Shown: piece after piece, positions 14,155-26,856 of the stretch
Layout: each line of letters opens with the position of its first letter
How positions within the stretch are numbered: the first letter of the stretch is position 1
Assembly (NCBI GenBank): GCA_977016875.1
Contig: CDRNST010000104.1
Location: 1,364,001 to 1,428,000 of the forward strand
Length of the DNA stretch: 64,000 nt
Direction of reading: 5' to 3'
Source of the DNA: Pavona decussata
Lineage: Eukaryota
Translations under genes and position numbers: made by a program
The notes under the pieces: model-generated
Databases searched by the model: none
What the model saw: the letters and a program-made list of their open reading frames with translations, nothing else
What the model was told of the DNA's origin: nothing

Positions 14155-15753
14155 TTAGATGCCATTCCATCTTAAGCCATAATAAGTTTCTAGAATCAGT
14201 TTACAAGCCTCCTGCATCATAAGTGTCTCCCTCGGCATCTCTGAGAGCTTCTTCTCGACGAGTACGCAGAAGTTGTTCTCCCTGACGGCATTTCTTGTCT
14301 TTGTCAGTTGCTTACAAATCTGACTTTCTCTTCCTTTTATTGTCCTTTGCATTAGAAGCCAATCTTGTTGATGCTCCACCAGGGATTGAAAGTCTCTCCA
14401 TGAATCTAAGTCTGCTGGTTGCCCTACTGTGGAAGTGGCAGACGGCTGACGCCACTGCACACCGAACCACCTTGACACCATGGTGCTTGTGTTTGGGGCA
14501 CCGGACCCACACCATTGAGTTTATACACTCATTTTGATTTTGTGTTGCCCCTAGCACGCATCTCCCCAGTAGTTTGAAATCGCTTAATGTCATAAATGTA
14601 GGGCGAAGGACTTCTAGAAAGACCTCTGGTGAGCAGTTATCAACTATGTATGTTGAAGTACCTGATGCTGCATCCTGCTGCCACTTGCACCATGACGACT
14701 CTCCTGGAGGACAGAAATGATGTTGTTTAGCTAGGTCTGATGACTTAACAGCATGATGAAGAGTTGCAATAATGTTTTTCCTCATGGCATAAACTGCAAC
14801 ATCGACTTCCCTTTCTGTTGGGTTTGCTTTTTTAATGGTGTTCTGGCGAATTGCTAACCCATAATACTTTTGCAGCTGTTTAATTCTGCCCTCCGTCAGT
14901 CGCCCACGACCTCCAATTGGTTGACCATCAGCCAGTTTACCCTTGGTTCTAGCTTTCAGGTTCAGCAAGTGCTTTCCCATTCTTTTCTGAACATGTCCTA
15001 CACAGTCCAATTTTTTCACAGTTATGTCATCATAAATATGTTCAACTGAATTGAAAGCTTTGCTGTCCCCATCACTAACCATCCACTTATACCTCAGGTT
15101 GTGGCGTTCAATGGACCTACCCCACAGGACAACAGCTCCCTCAGCTTCCATGGCTGGAGAACTACCAGTAAAGTTAATGTCACATTCGTGTTCCAACAGC
15201 CACTCCTCGAACTCTTCATCAGTGCATTTTCCTTTCTTTATGGCACATGATTGGCATGATTTGGACAAGACATGGTAGTCCAAGACTTCTCCAGTGTCTA
15301 CAGAGATGACGAACACTGCACCTGTTAATAAAGTGAATCCTCTCTTTGCCCATGTGCCATCAAAGCTGACAGCAGCATCAAGAATGTCATTCTCATCTTT
15401 GTCCGGGTTTTCGTCTAAGATCTGCTGTCGCAGTCGTTCTGCAGATTTCCTCATCTCTTCCTTTGCCTCATCTTCTCGTGCTTCTAATACGTTGTCCACG
15501 TGTTTATAGTACGCTGTTTTTGTAAGACAAGGCATATTCATGATGCTACAAAATGTAGCAAGGCCTTCATAGCCACTACCAGTCTCTATGGCATGATACC
15601 CGGCTCGGCGGTTGATGTCGTACGATGTTCCTTGCTGGGTCACACTGGTGGAAGGTAGCAATGGTGTTGACTCAGGACAGGTGTTGCACTGCAGAGACAG
15701 TTCTGACATCAGTCCCTGTCTTTTAGTTGTATCATCTTCCAGAGTTAAAATTC
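14155..15753 (-). CDS. Kolobok-type ('Mutator-like' family) DDE transposase; large exon open over about 480 codons, 5' part removed at the array boundary
   Basis: SFDGTWAKRG, GSSPAMEAEG, MVSDGDSKAF, DCVGHVQKRMG, HHFCPPGESSWCKW, TQNQNEC; acceptor near 15753; C-terminal frameshift. Confidence 0.85.
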
Positions 15754-15984
15754 CTAGAGAGAAAAAATAAGTGTAACTAAGTAAAATTTCAAAAATTCCC
15801 ATCCCATGCCGTTTGACAGGAACATACAACAACATACAACACTGTGACATTGAATTTAAAGCTAACATTCAAGTGAATAATTAGTGCAACAATCCTTTTA
15901 TATTTTTTGCAAATTACATATGTTCTTACACTGAGATGAAGAAAATGTCGCGATGACTCGATTGCAGGACTATAAGGCTCTATT

Positions 15985-16833
15985 TGCATGCACCGCTTAA
16001 GTTGAGGTATTCTTTGATGTCTAGGAATGTCTTATCTGGTGGTGTAAATTTAATCTTCTTAGGCGGTGCCTCTGTTAAGTCTGGTGGCATTTCCTGTGCT
16101 TGCCCTTGTGGGTGGTTTAGATAAGCATTCATTTCGGCAGCTGTCATCATGAAGTATCCACTTTCTGCGAGGTCAATCATGTCTAGGCTGTATGCACGCA
16201 ACTGTCTGAAAAAATGTTTTAAATAATTACCTAATTTGTGAAATATTTTACCGCTTTGCAGGATGCTTTGGGCCGTTCTTTTTTGGTCATCATTTTGTTA
16301 AGCCGTTGGTAAACATATGTTTGTGATGCTTTGACCATGTTGCCGCTTCTTGTGGTGAAGTTGCCGTTGATTAGTAGGTGGTAATGGTCTCCTCTGCAGC
16401 TGTCATCGTCTGTAGGCCTGTCATCTCGAAAATGAGAGTATAGCAGGTAGCTGTACTTCTAAGATCCTTCTAAAAAGTGGAGGATTTCTCTGAATTCGTC
16501 TACTGATGTGTCTGTTTGGAAACAATAGCTATACCATTGTCTTAGTTCGATATTCGTCGTTGTTGCTTGCTCGAACATCTGTCTCAGTTGCTCGCTGGAT
16601 GGTGATGGCGTCGGAGCTGCAGCTACAAATGGAGGACGTGTTTCCCTGGAGCTTTTCTGCAACGCTTCTTCCCAGGTTTTCAACATTGTCACCGTAAGTT
16701 TTACTCTTTCCATCTTCTGTATCTGTCGTTGTAGTCTTGCAGCAAGGGTAGAGCACGCTTCCCATTCCTGTCCTAGGTGTTTAATCCAACACTTATTCCA
16801 AGCGTATGGAAGTATTTCCCGGTTAACTCCCAT
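15985..16833 (-). pseudogene. HUH (Rep/NS1-like) endonuclease, copy A; internal stop and frameshift
   Basis: GDHYHLLI motif and NYLKHFFR tyrosine motif; stop at 16459. Confidence 0.7.
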
Positions 16834-17016
16834 AATTACCCCTCTCCACGGCGGGCAGGCAAGCCAGCGAGTTCCAGCCAAAACTTGTACATGTGGCGGT
16901 ATACGTCATAGATATGTGTGGAATGTAAAGAATGTCTGGAATGGGGATTCCCCTGCCACACCCAGGACACGCCCAAGGGGATTCCTTTCTGGAATGTGCC
17001 ATGCCCTGCCATGCCC

Positions 17017-17093
17017 GAGAATGGAATGCAGGCTGCAAAACTTTTTCATGAAGCTTGCGCACCTGAAAAAGTTGCAGCCGACATTCCATTCTC
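17017..17093. repeat. ~77-bp hairpin at the boundary of the HUH segment (copy A)
   Basis: GAGAATGGAATGcaGGCTGCAAaaCTTTTTCA ... TGAAAAAGTTGCAGCCgaCATTCCATTCTC. Confidence 0.9.
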
Positions 17094-17399
17094 AGGAGAT
17101 TGAGGAGCTTGTCATGGCGAGATACCGAAAGGACATGTTTCTGAAATGGTATAACTATTAAAGTAAATGGTAAAGTCATTAAATGGGAAAATGCTTCAGT
17201 CTGTGACGCATGGCAATTCTTTGTTGCATGTGAATCATGTAATTCTAAAAGCATTAAACAGGAAACGTAAAAAACAAAGTGAAAAATGTTATAGTTATAT
17301 CCCCATAGTAAAGTCATTGCCAGTATTTAATTGAAAAATTCTCGCTTTAGCTGTTGCTTTGTTTTTTGGTGTGTCAATTTACAAGTAACACAACTTCCC

Positions 17400-18760
17400 T
17401 TTTTATTATACATTTTTAATGTCTCCATTTGCCTTTGTTTGAAACTTTTGAAAAGTTTCTCTTAAGTGTTGTAGTGTCTTCTCTTGAACCAGACTTGTTT
17501 TGTCATGGGCAAGCTGCATTTCAAGTGCAAGAATAGTGGACCATAAACATGGATGTCGACCTGGTGGTGTATTAAAGAGAAAAAATAAAAGTTTAATTAT
17601 TGACACTTTTGAAAATAGCGAAACAAGAAATTACACAAATCAAAATGATATACATTACCCCTGGCACCAGAAATGCCCATCACTTTACATAGACATTTGT
17701 AGTCCCCAAAAAGGAACAAATTGAATGTTTTGCCCCTAGAAGTAAAATTATAGAGATTTGAAGGTTTTCTACCTGAAATATTGATGAAAATCAAAATTTT
17801 ATCCAATCTACATGCTGCTTACCGCCATGTTGTGCTGCACAATTCTTCCAGTTGCTCTTTGTATTTTGAAGTAACAGCTCGCAAATTGTTCCGGGTGTCT
17901 TTCGCTTCAAAGATATCAAATACTATAGTTTTCTTGCTGGAATTTGGCTTTAAAAAATTTGCGAGCTGAAACTCAAACTTCATAGAGCCTTGACCATGGT
18001 CACCACCAATCTTAACATAGAGCTGGTTTCCATGGATCAGTCCACCATGGCATGTTAGCTCTCCAGTTCTGGAATATGAAATTATTACAAGAGCATTAAG
18101 GCTTGTTTGTAAATGCTGAAAATCTCAAGCGATATTGTAGAAGGAATAAATTTTAAATAATGATTTACTTTGAAAGATCCTCGACGTAAGCTATCACTTT
18201 CTGTTTCAGGTCCCTCACATAGGCACGAGGTGTTTTTTTGATGACCATCACATTCTTGTTGTTCTTTTTGGTCGTGTATTCGAGGGGTAAATCTTCGGCC
18301 TCCAGAGTATCCCCAATAAGTTTTTTCCCTTAGAACTGTCTGTCTGTTTTCACTGTCCATAGCGATTCCCCATTTGTTAAACCACCTGAGTGTAACAATA
18401 AGAACAAAGGCATAGCTACAGTTAATGGTTATAAATAATGTATGCGAATAAATATAACATATTACCTTCGTAATCTGTCCAAACTATACCAGGACAACCT
18501 AATGTCTTCTTTCATGGACAGTGCCTTGCCTTCAGGCAGTTCCAGGGTCAGTTCAGTCCCAAGGGCTTCTGACAGTAGTGTCTTTCATTCCTCTTTACTT
18601 TTCTGTCGAAACATTTTTACCAGGTGCTTGTCCATCTCTCCACTACTGACAGCATCACCCATCTTCTTTATGGCACTTGTTCGGCGTCGAAGGTGCCTTG
18701 CTGATACCGATTCACTGGCCTTTTCAGCTTGGGCTAGATGTGTAAGTACTAGGGGCTGTG
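17400..18760 (-). pseudogene. Spliced core exons of a Chapaev/RAG1-like transposase (unit A)
   Basis: Exons give ALSMKEDIRLSWYSLDRLRR / LYVKIGGDHGQGSMKFEFQLAN / NLFLFGDYKCLCKVMGISGARG / RHPCLWS, with GT-AG introns. Confidence 0.8.
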
Positions 18761-19764
18761 TGTTTAAGAATTAAAAAAATAATGTAAACTGGTTTACCAT
18801 TACAGCGTAGATAATTTTCGAGTGTCCATAACATGACAGATAAGGAGAACTGTGTCGAGAACCATACATCATGCACGGCGGGTAGTTGACAAAATCTTGT
18901 TCCAGAAAGCATTCCTAAACTGTTACGTTCATTCCATGTCGATCAAGACTATTTTAATGTAGGAATGCAATATACAAAATAGACAGACACTTGTTTAAAT
19001 ACTTATACCTTAAAAGTGGAAATCCACTTAGAAAAGTTGTCAATAGACATGTATTCCATTGAAATGCAATAAAAAATTGACATGCTGCGCGGAACAAGAT
19101 AGGATAAAAGAGTTGTTTTCGCATACATAAAATAATATATATTTTTGCAAGTCACCAAAAAGGTACAAAAACAACAGTAATTTGGAAGACTTCTCGAGAA
19201 TTATTTTCTTCCTTGAAGTTTTCCATTTGGCAAAACTCCCCTAAAACTAACATAAATTGCTTTCTGCAGACGTTATAACGCAAAGTTATTCTGCCTCAAT
19301 TATTGAGTGAACTGACCTTGCTAGGTGGGTAACATTGAACTCTTTATCCCTTGTTAGCTCTAATCGTGTTTTCGCGAAAGGAACGCAATTGAAGAAGGTA
19401 TGTAAACCCTAGCATAGGGTGATTTACTTGTGGACTAGCACTTATATGCTCTCCAGGAACCGAGTCCCGATCAAGTTGACAAGCTGTAATTTTACTAGGT
19501 TTATTCTTATGTAATGTAATTACGGAATTCGCTTCATGCCTGACGTTTTTATAATAAAATGCTCTTTAATAACAATTATTCCGTATTTGTAAACAAGAAA
19601 ACCTCAATATTCTTAAGTATAACTTCTATTTATGTACAATTATTTTTCTACTATGACATTGAATTTAAAGCTAACATTCAAGGGATAATTAGTACAACAA
19701 TCCTTTTATACTCATTGCAAATTGCATACGTTCTTACACTGAGGTAAACCTTTTGTTTTGACAG

Positions 19765-20100
19765 GTTCGAGATGACTTGTTTGAAAGACTCAAATGCTTT
19801 TATCATAGAAATTAAAATTGGAGCAGCACCTATTGGGGAGATATACATAGACGGTACTAAAGAAATGTTGACGACCGTCATGATTAAAAGAACCTTTTTT
19901 GGGCCTCTGGAACTACAGGAAATAAAGGAGCTCGTCATTGCTAAATACCGAAAGACATGGTCCTGAAATGGTATAACTATTAAAGGACATAGTAAAGCCA
20001 CTAGTTAGGAAAATGCTTCATCTCAGTCTGTGGCGCATGTCAATTCTTTGTTACATGCGAATCATTTCATTTTTAAAACCTAAAAGAACAGAAGGTGTAA
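19765..20100 (+). pseudogene. Unknown small protein ('gene X') exon; repeated at 24771-25106, with paralogues elsewhere in the region
   Basis: MTCLKDSNAFIIEIKIGAAPIGE...FFGPLELQEIKELV; the paralogue at 28687-28845 carries many synonymous changes. Confidence 0.6.
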
Positions 20101-21005
20101 AGGAAAGTAAAAGTTCTCAAGTTCTTACACCTACACAGGTTCGTGTTCAATCAATTGGAGAATGCTTCCCTTTCTATTATACATTTTGAAATTGATGCAG
20201 GACCTATTGGAAAAAAGAAAAAAATAATTCATAAGTATGTGTCACGTGCCTGGCGGAAATTCAGAGACACGTTTCAATAATTAACAGAAACAGGATTTTA
20301 CCCTTACCATTAAGCTCTCAAGGCTTCCTTTTTGTGGTATTGACAACAATGCCTAATTTTCGTAGAAATGATTGAGGTCCAATGATCGCCGGGACGACCA
20401 AACGCTACCATTGTGATCAAGAAAGGACTCTGAGTGTAACAAATCACCAAGCTTGTTTTAAATGAGAAAGAGAAGGAACTATGGAAAAGACACCGGAACG
20501 TGAAAATAACTGTTCAGGCCGAGCAAAAAGTCGTATTCAAGGAGGCAGTTGATAGAGAGATAGGGGCAATGCGCTCGACGGTTTGAGGCAAAGTAATTGT
20601 GAGTGACATTTAATGGTTCAACAGCATGCAGTTAGAAACCATTTGTTGAGAGATTAATTCCCCAGGAAATGAGACTAGATTAACGAGGTAATTACGTTCA
20701 CTGGACAAATGTACAGATTTTTAACTTTTTTTATTCGTATGATATCTCTTTCTTTTTCTGATATACATTTCTACTTTTAAAAAAACGATTATTCCGTATT
20801 TGTACCGATATAACCTCATCTTTCATAAGTACAACTTTTATTTATGTACAATTATTTTTCCACTGTGACATTCAATTTAAAGCTAACATTCAAGTGAATA
20901 ATTAGTGCAACAATCCTTTTATATTTTTTGCAAATTACATATGTTCTTACACTGAGATGAAGAAAATGTCGCGATGACTCGATTGCAGGACTATAAGGCT
21001 CTGTT

Positions 21006-21850
21006 TGCGTGCACCGCTTAAGTTGAGGTATTCTTTGATGTCTAGGAATGTCTTATCTGGTGGTGTTAATTTAATCTTAGGCGGTGCCTCTGTTAAGTCT
21101 GGTGGCATTTCCTGTGCTTGCCCTTGTGGGTGGTTTAGATAAGCATTCATTTCAGCAACTGTCATCATGAAGTATCCACTTTCTGCGAGGTCAATCATGT
21201 CTGGGCTGTATGCACGCAACTGTCTGGGAAAATGTTTAAATAATTACATAATTTGTGAAATATTTTACCGCTTTGCAGGATGCTTTGGGCCGTTCTTTTT
21301 TGGTCATCATTTTGTTAAGCCATTGGTAGACATATGTTTGTGATGCTTTGACCATGTTGCCACTTCTTGTGGTGAAGTTGGCGTTGATTAGTAGGTGGTA
21401 ATGGTCTCCTCTGCAGCTGTCATCGTCTGTAGGCCTGTCATCTCGAAATTGAGAGTATAGCAGGTAGCTGTACTTCTTAGATCCTTTTAAAAAGTGGAGG
21501 ATTTCTCTGAATTCGTCTACTGATGTGTCTGTTTGGAAACAATAGCTATACCATTGTCTAAGTTCGATATTCGTCGTTGTTGCTCGCTCGTACATCTGTC
21601 TCAGTTGCTGGCTGGATGGTGATGGCGCCGGAGCTGCAGCTACAAATGCAGCACGTGTCTCCCTGGAGCTTTTCTGCAACGCTTCTTCCCAGGTTTTCAA
21701 CATTGTCACCGTAAGTTTTACTCTCTCCATCTTCTGTATCTGTCGTTGTAGTCTTGCAGCAAGGGTAGAGCACGCTTCCCATTCCTGTCCTAGGTGTTTA
21801 ATCCAACACTTATTCCAAGCGTATGGAAGTATTTCCTGGTTAACTCCCAT
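21006..21850 (-). CDS. HUH (Rep/parvovirus NS1-like) endonuclease, copy B; 204 codons open from ATG, then a frameshift at the Tyr motif; no helicase
   Basis: WYSYCFQT...RGDHYHLLINANF...VKYFTNYV; the downstream frame continues KHFPRQLRAYSPDM. Confidence 0.72.
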
Positions 21851-22023
21851 AATTACCCCTCTCCACGGCGGGCAGGCAAGCCAGCGGGTTCCAGCCAAAA
21901 CTTGTACATGTGGCGGTATACGTCATAGATATGTGTGGAATGTAAAGAATGTCTGGAATGGGGATTCCCCTGCCACACCCAGGACACGCCCAAGGGGATT
22001 CCTTCCTGGAATGTGCCACGCCC

Positions 22024-22100
22024 GAGAATGGAATGCAGGCTGCAAAACTTTTTCATGAAGCTTGCACACCTGAAAAAGTTGCAGCCGACATTCCATTCTC
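22024..22100. repeat. Hairpin, copy B
   Basis: Same inverted repeat as copy A. Confidence 0.9.
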
Positions 22101-22414
22101 AGGAGATTGAGGAGCTTGTCATGGTGAAATACTGAAAGGACATGTTTCTGAAATGGTATAACTATTAAAGTAAATGGTTAAGTCATTAAATAGGAAAATG
22201 CTTCAGTCTGTGATGCATGGCAATTCTTTGTTGCATGTGAATCATGTAATTCTATAAGCATTAAACAGGAAACGTAAAAAACAAAGTTAAAAATGTTATA
22301 GTTATATCCCCATAGTAAAGTCATTGCCAGTATTTAATTGAAAAATTCTCGCTTTAGCTGTTGCTTTGTTTTTTGGTGTGTAAATTTACAAGTAATACAA
22401 CTTCCCTTTTTATT

Positions 22415-23765
22415 ATACATTTTTAATGTCTCCATTTGCCTTTGTTTGAAACTTTTGAAAAGTTTCTCTCAAGTGTTGTAGTGTCCTCTTGAACCAGACT
22501 TGTTTTGTCATGGGCAAGCTGCATTTCAAGTGCAAGAATAGTGGACCATAAACATGGATGTCGACCTGGTGGTGTATTAAAGAGAAAAAATAAAAGTTTA
22601 ATTATTGACACTTTTGAAAATAGCGAAACAAGAAATTACACAAATCAAAATGAGATACATTACCCCTGGCACCAGAAATGCCCATCACTTTACATAGACA
22701 TTTGTAGTCCCCAAAAAGGAACAAATTGAATGTTTTGCCCCTAGAAGTAAAATTATAGAGATTTGAAGGTTTTCTACCTGAAATATTGATGAAAATCAAA
22801 ATTTTATCCAATCTACATGCTGCTTACCGCCATGTTGTGCTGCACAATTCTTCCTGTTGCTCTTTGTATTTTGAAGTAACAGCTCGCAAATTGTTCCGGG
22901 TGTCTTTCGCTTCAAAGATATCAAATACTATAGTTTTCTTGCTGGAATTTGGCTTTAAAAAATTTGCGAGCTGAAACTCAAACTTCATAGAGCCTTGACC
23001 ATGGTCACCACCAATCTTAACATAGAGCTGGTTTCCATGGATCAGTCCACCATGGCATGTTAGCTCTCCAGTTCTGGAATATGAAATTATTACAAGAGCA
23101 TTAAGGCTTGTTTGTAAATGCTGAAAATCTCAAGCGATATTGTAGAAGGAATAAATTTTAAATAATGATTTACTTTGAAAGATCCTCGACGTAAGCTATC
23201 ACTTTCTGTTTCAGGTCCCTCACATAGGCACGAGGTGTTTTTTTGATGACCATCACATTCTTGTTGTTCTTTTTGGTCGTGTATTCGAGGGGTAAATCTT
23301 CGGCCTCCAGAGTATCCCCAATAAGTTTTTTCCCTTAGAACTGTCTGTCTGTTTTCACTGTCCATAGCGATTCCCCATTTGTTAAACCACCTGAGTGTAA
23401 CAATAAGAACAAAGGCATAGCTACAGTTAATGGTTATAAATAATGTATGCGAATAAATATAACATATTACCTTCGTAATCTGTCCAAACTATACCAGGAC
23501 AACCTAATGTCTTCTTTCATGGACAGTGCCTTGCCTTCAGGCAGTTCCAGGGTCAGTTCAGTCCCAAGGGCTTCTGACAGTAGTGTCTTTCATTCCTCTT
23601 TACTTTTCTGTCGAAACATTTTTACCAGGTGCTTGTCCATCTCTCCACTACTGACAGCATCACCCATCTTCTTTATGGCACTTGTTCGGCGTCGAAGGTG
23701 CCTTGCTGATACCGATTCACTGGCCTTTTCAGCTTGGGCTAGATGTGTAAGTACTAGGGGCTGTG
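22415..23765 (-). pseudogene. Chapaev/RAG1-like transposase core exons (unit B)
   Basis: Duplicate of the unit A exons. Confidence 0.8.
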
Positions 23766-26011
23766 TGTTTAAGAATTAAAAAAATAATGTAAACTGGCTT
23801 ACCATTACAGCATAGATAATTTTCGAGTGTCCATAACATGACAGATAAGGAGAACTGTGCCGAGAACCATACATCATGCACGGCGGGTAGTTGACAAAAT
23901 CTTGTTCCAGAAAGCATTCCTAAACTGTTACGTTCATTCCATGTCGATCAAGACTATTTTAATGTAGGAATGCAATATACAAAATAGACAGACACTTGTT
24001 TAAATACTTATACCTTAAAAGTGGAAATCCACTTAGAAAAGTTGTCAATAGACATGTATTCCATTGAAATGCAATAAAAAATTGACATGCTGCGCGGAAC
24101 AAGATAGGATAAAAGAGTTGTTTTCGCATACATAAAATAATATATATTTTTTGCAAGTCACCAAAAAGGTACAAAAACAACAGTAATTTGGAAGACTTCT
24201 CGAGAATTATTTTCTTCCTTGAAGTTTTCCATTTGGCAAAACTCCCCTAAAACTAACATAAATTGCTTTCTGCAGACGTTATAACGCAAAGTTATTCTGC
24301 CTCAATTATTGAGTGAACTGACCTTGCTAGGTGGGTAACATTGAACTCTTTATCCCTTGTTAGCTCTAATCGTGTTTTCGCGAAAGGAACGCAATTGAAG
24401 AAGGTATGTAAACCCTAGCATAGGGTGATTTACTTGTGGACTAGCACTTATATGCTCTCCAGGAACCGAGTCCCGATCAAGTTGACAAGCTGTAATTTTA
24501 CTAGGTTTATTCTTATGTAATGTAATTACGGAATTCGCTTCATGCCTGACGTTTTTATAATAAAATGCTCTTTAATAACAATTATTCCGTATTTGTAAAC
24601 AAGAAAACCTCAATATTCTTAAGTATAACTTCTATTTATGTACAATTATTTTTCTACTATGACATTGAATTTAAAGCTAACATTCAAGGGATAATTAGTA
24701 CAACAATCCTTTTATACTCATTGCAAATTGCATACGTTCTTACACTGAGGTAAACCTTTTGTTTTGACAGGTTCGAGATGACTTGTTTGAAAGACTCAAA
24801 TGCTTTTATCATAGAAATTAAAATTGGAGCAGCACCTATTGGGGAGATATACATAGACGGTACTAAAGAAATGTTGACGACCGTCATGATTAAAAGAACC
24901 TTTTTTGGGCCTCTGGAACTACAGGAAATAAAGGAGCTCGTCATTGCTAAATACCGAAAGACATGGTCCTGAAATGGTATAACTATTAAAGGACATAGTA
25001 AAGCCACTAGTTAGGAAAATGCTTCATCTCAGTCTGTGGCGCATGTCAATTCTTTGTTACATGCGAATCATTTCATTTTTAAAACCTAAAAGAACAGAAG
25101 GTGTAAAGGAAAGTAAAAGTTCTCAAGTTCTTACACCTACACAGGTTCGTGTTCAATCAATTGGAGAATGCTTCCCTTTCTATTATACATTTTGAAATTG
25201 ATGCAGGACCTATTGGAAAAAAGAAAAAAATAATTCATAAGTATGTGTCACGTGCCTGGCGGAAATTCAGAGACACGTTTCAATAATTAACAGAAACAGG
25301 ATTTTACCCTTACCATTAAGCTCTCAAGGCTTCCTTTTTGTGGTATTGACAACAATGCCTAATTTTCGTAGAAATGATTGAGGTCCAATGATCGCCGGGA
25401 CGACCAAACGCTACCATTGTGATCAAGAAAGGACTCTGAGTGTAACAAATCACCAAGCTTGTTTTAAATGAGAAAGAGAAGGAACTATGGAAAAGACACC
25501 GGAACGTGAAAATAACTGTTCAGGCCGAGCAAAAAGTCGTATTCAAGGAGGCAGTTGATAGAGAGATAGGGGCAATGCGCTCGACGGTTTGAGGCAAAGT
25601 AATTGTGAGTGACATTTAATGGTTCAACAGCATGCAGTTAGAAACCATTTGTTGAGAGATTAATTCCCCAGGAAATGAGACTAGATTAACGAGGTAATTA
25701 CGTTCACTGGACAAATGTACAGATTTTTAACTTTTTTTATTCGTATGATATCTCTTTCTTTTTCTGATATACATTTCTACTTTTAAAAAAACGATTATTC
25801 CGTATTTGTACCGATATAACCTCATCTTTCATAAGTACAACTTTTATTTATGTACAATTATTTTTCCACTGTGACATTCAATTTAAAGCTAACATTCAAG
25901 TGAATAATTAGTGCAACAATCCTTTTATATTTTTTGCAAATTACATATGTTCTTACACTGAGATGAAGAAAATGTCGCGATGACTCGATTGCAGGACTAT
26001 AAGGCTCTGTT

Positions 26012-26856
26012 TGCGTGCACCGCTTAAGTTGAGGTATTCTTTGATGTCTAGGAATGTCTTATCTGGTGGTGTTAATTTAATCTTAGGCGGTGCCTCTGTT
26101 AAGTCTGGTGGCATTTCCTGTGCTTGCCCTTGTGGGTGGTTTAGATAAGCATTCATTTCAGCAACTGTCATCATGAAGTATCCACTTTCTGCGAGGTCAA
26201 TCATGTCTGGGCTGTATGCACGCAACTGTCTGGGAAAATGTTTAAATAATTACATAATTTGTGAAATATTTTACCGCTTTGCAGGATGCTTTGGGCCGTT
26301 CTTTTTTGGTCATCATTTTGTTAAGCCATTGGTAGACATATGTTTGTGATGCTTTGACCATGTTGCCACTTCTTGTGGTGAAGTTGGCGTTGATTAGTAG
26401 GTGGTAATGGTCTCCTCTGCAGCTGTCATCGTCTGTAGGCCTGTCATCTCGAAAATGAGAGTATAGCAGGTAGCTGTACTTCTTAGATCCTTTTAAAAAG
26501 TGGAGGATTTCTCTGAATTCGTCTACTGATGTGTCTGTTTGGAAACAATAGCTATACCATTGTCTAAGTTCGATATTCGTCGTTGTTGCTCGCTCGTACA
26601 TCTGTCTCAGTTGCTGGCTGGATGGTGATGGTGCCGGAGCTGCAGCTACAAATGCAGCACGTGTCTCCCTGGAGCTTTTCTGCAACGCTTCTTCCCAGGT
26701 TTTCAACATTGTCACCGTAAGTTTTACTCTCTCCATCTTCTGTATCTGTCGTTGTAGTCTTGCAGCAAGGGTAGAGCACGCTTCCCATTCCTGTCCTAGG
26801 TGTTTAATCCAACACTTATTCCAAGCGTATGGAAGTATTTCCTGGTTAACTCCCAT
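26012..26856 (-). CDS. HUH endonuclease, copy C (near-identical to B)
   Basis: Same ORF offset by 5006 bp; one amino acid difference (Q/H). Confidence 0.72.

Noticed and set aside
14312-15868. The 518-aa ORF as a complete gene
   Set aside because: The first ~38 aa come from intron and array sequence; the true 5' exon is missing.
19678-20001. 107-aa minus-strand ORF
   Set aside because: Probably a shadow of gene X; the splice acceptor and shared ATG favour the plus strand.
15840-20860. The 5-kb unit as a complete parvovirus genome
   Set aside because: The size fits, but only ~1.1 kb is virus-like, with no helicase or capsid; the rest is transposase exons and gene X.
20831-20867. A full RSS (CACAGTG-N13-ACATAAATA on the minus strand)
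   Set aside because: Only 6 of 9 nonamer positions match, in AT-rich DNA, with a non-canonical spacer.
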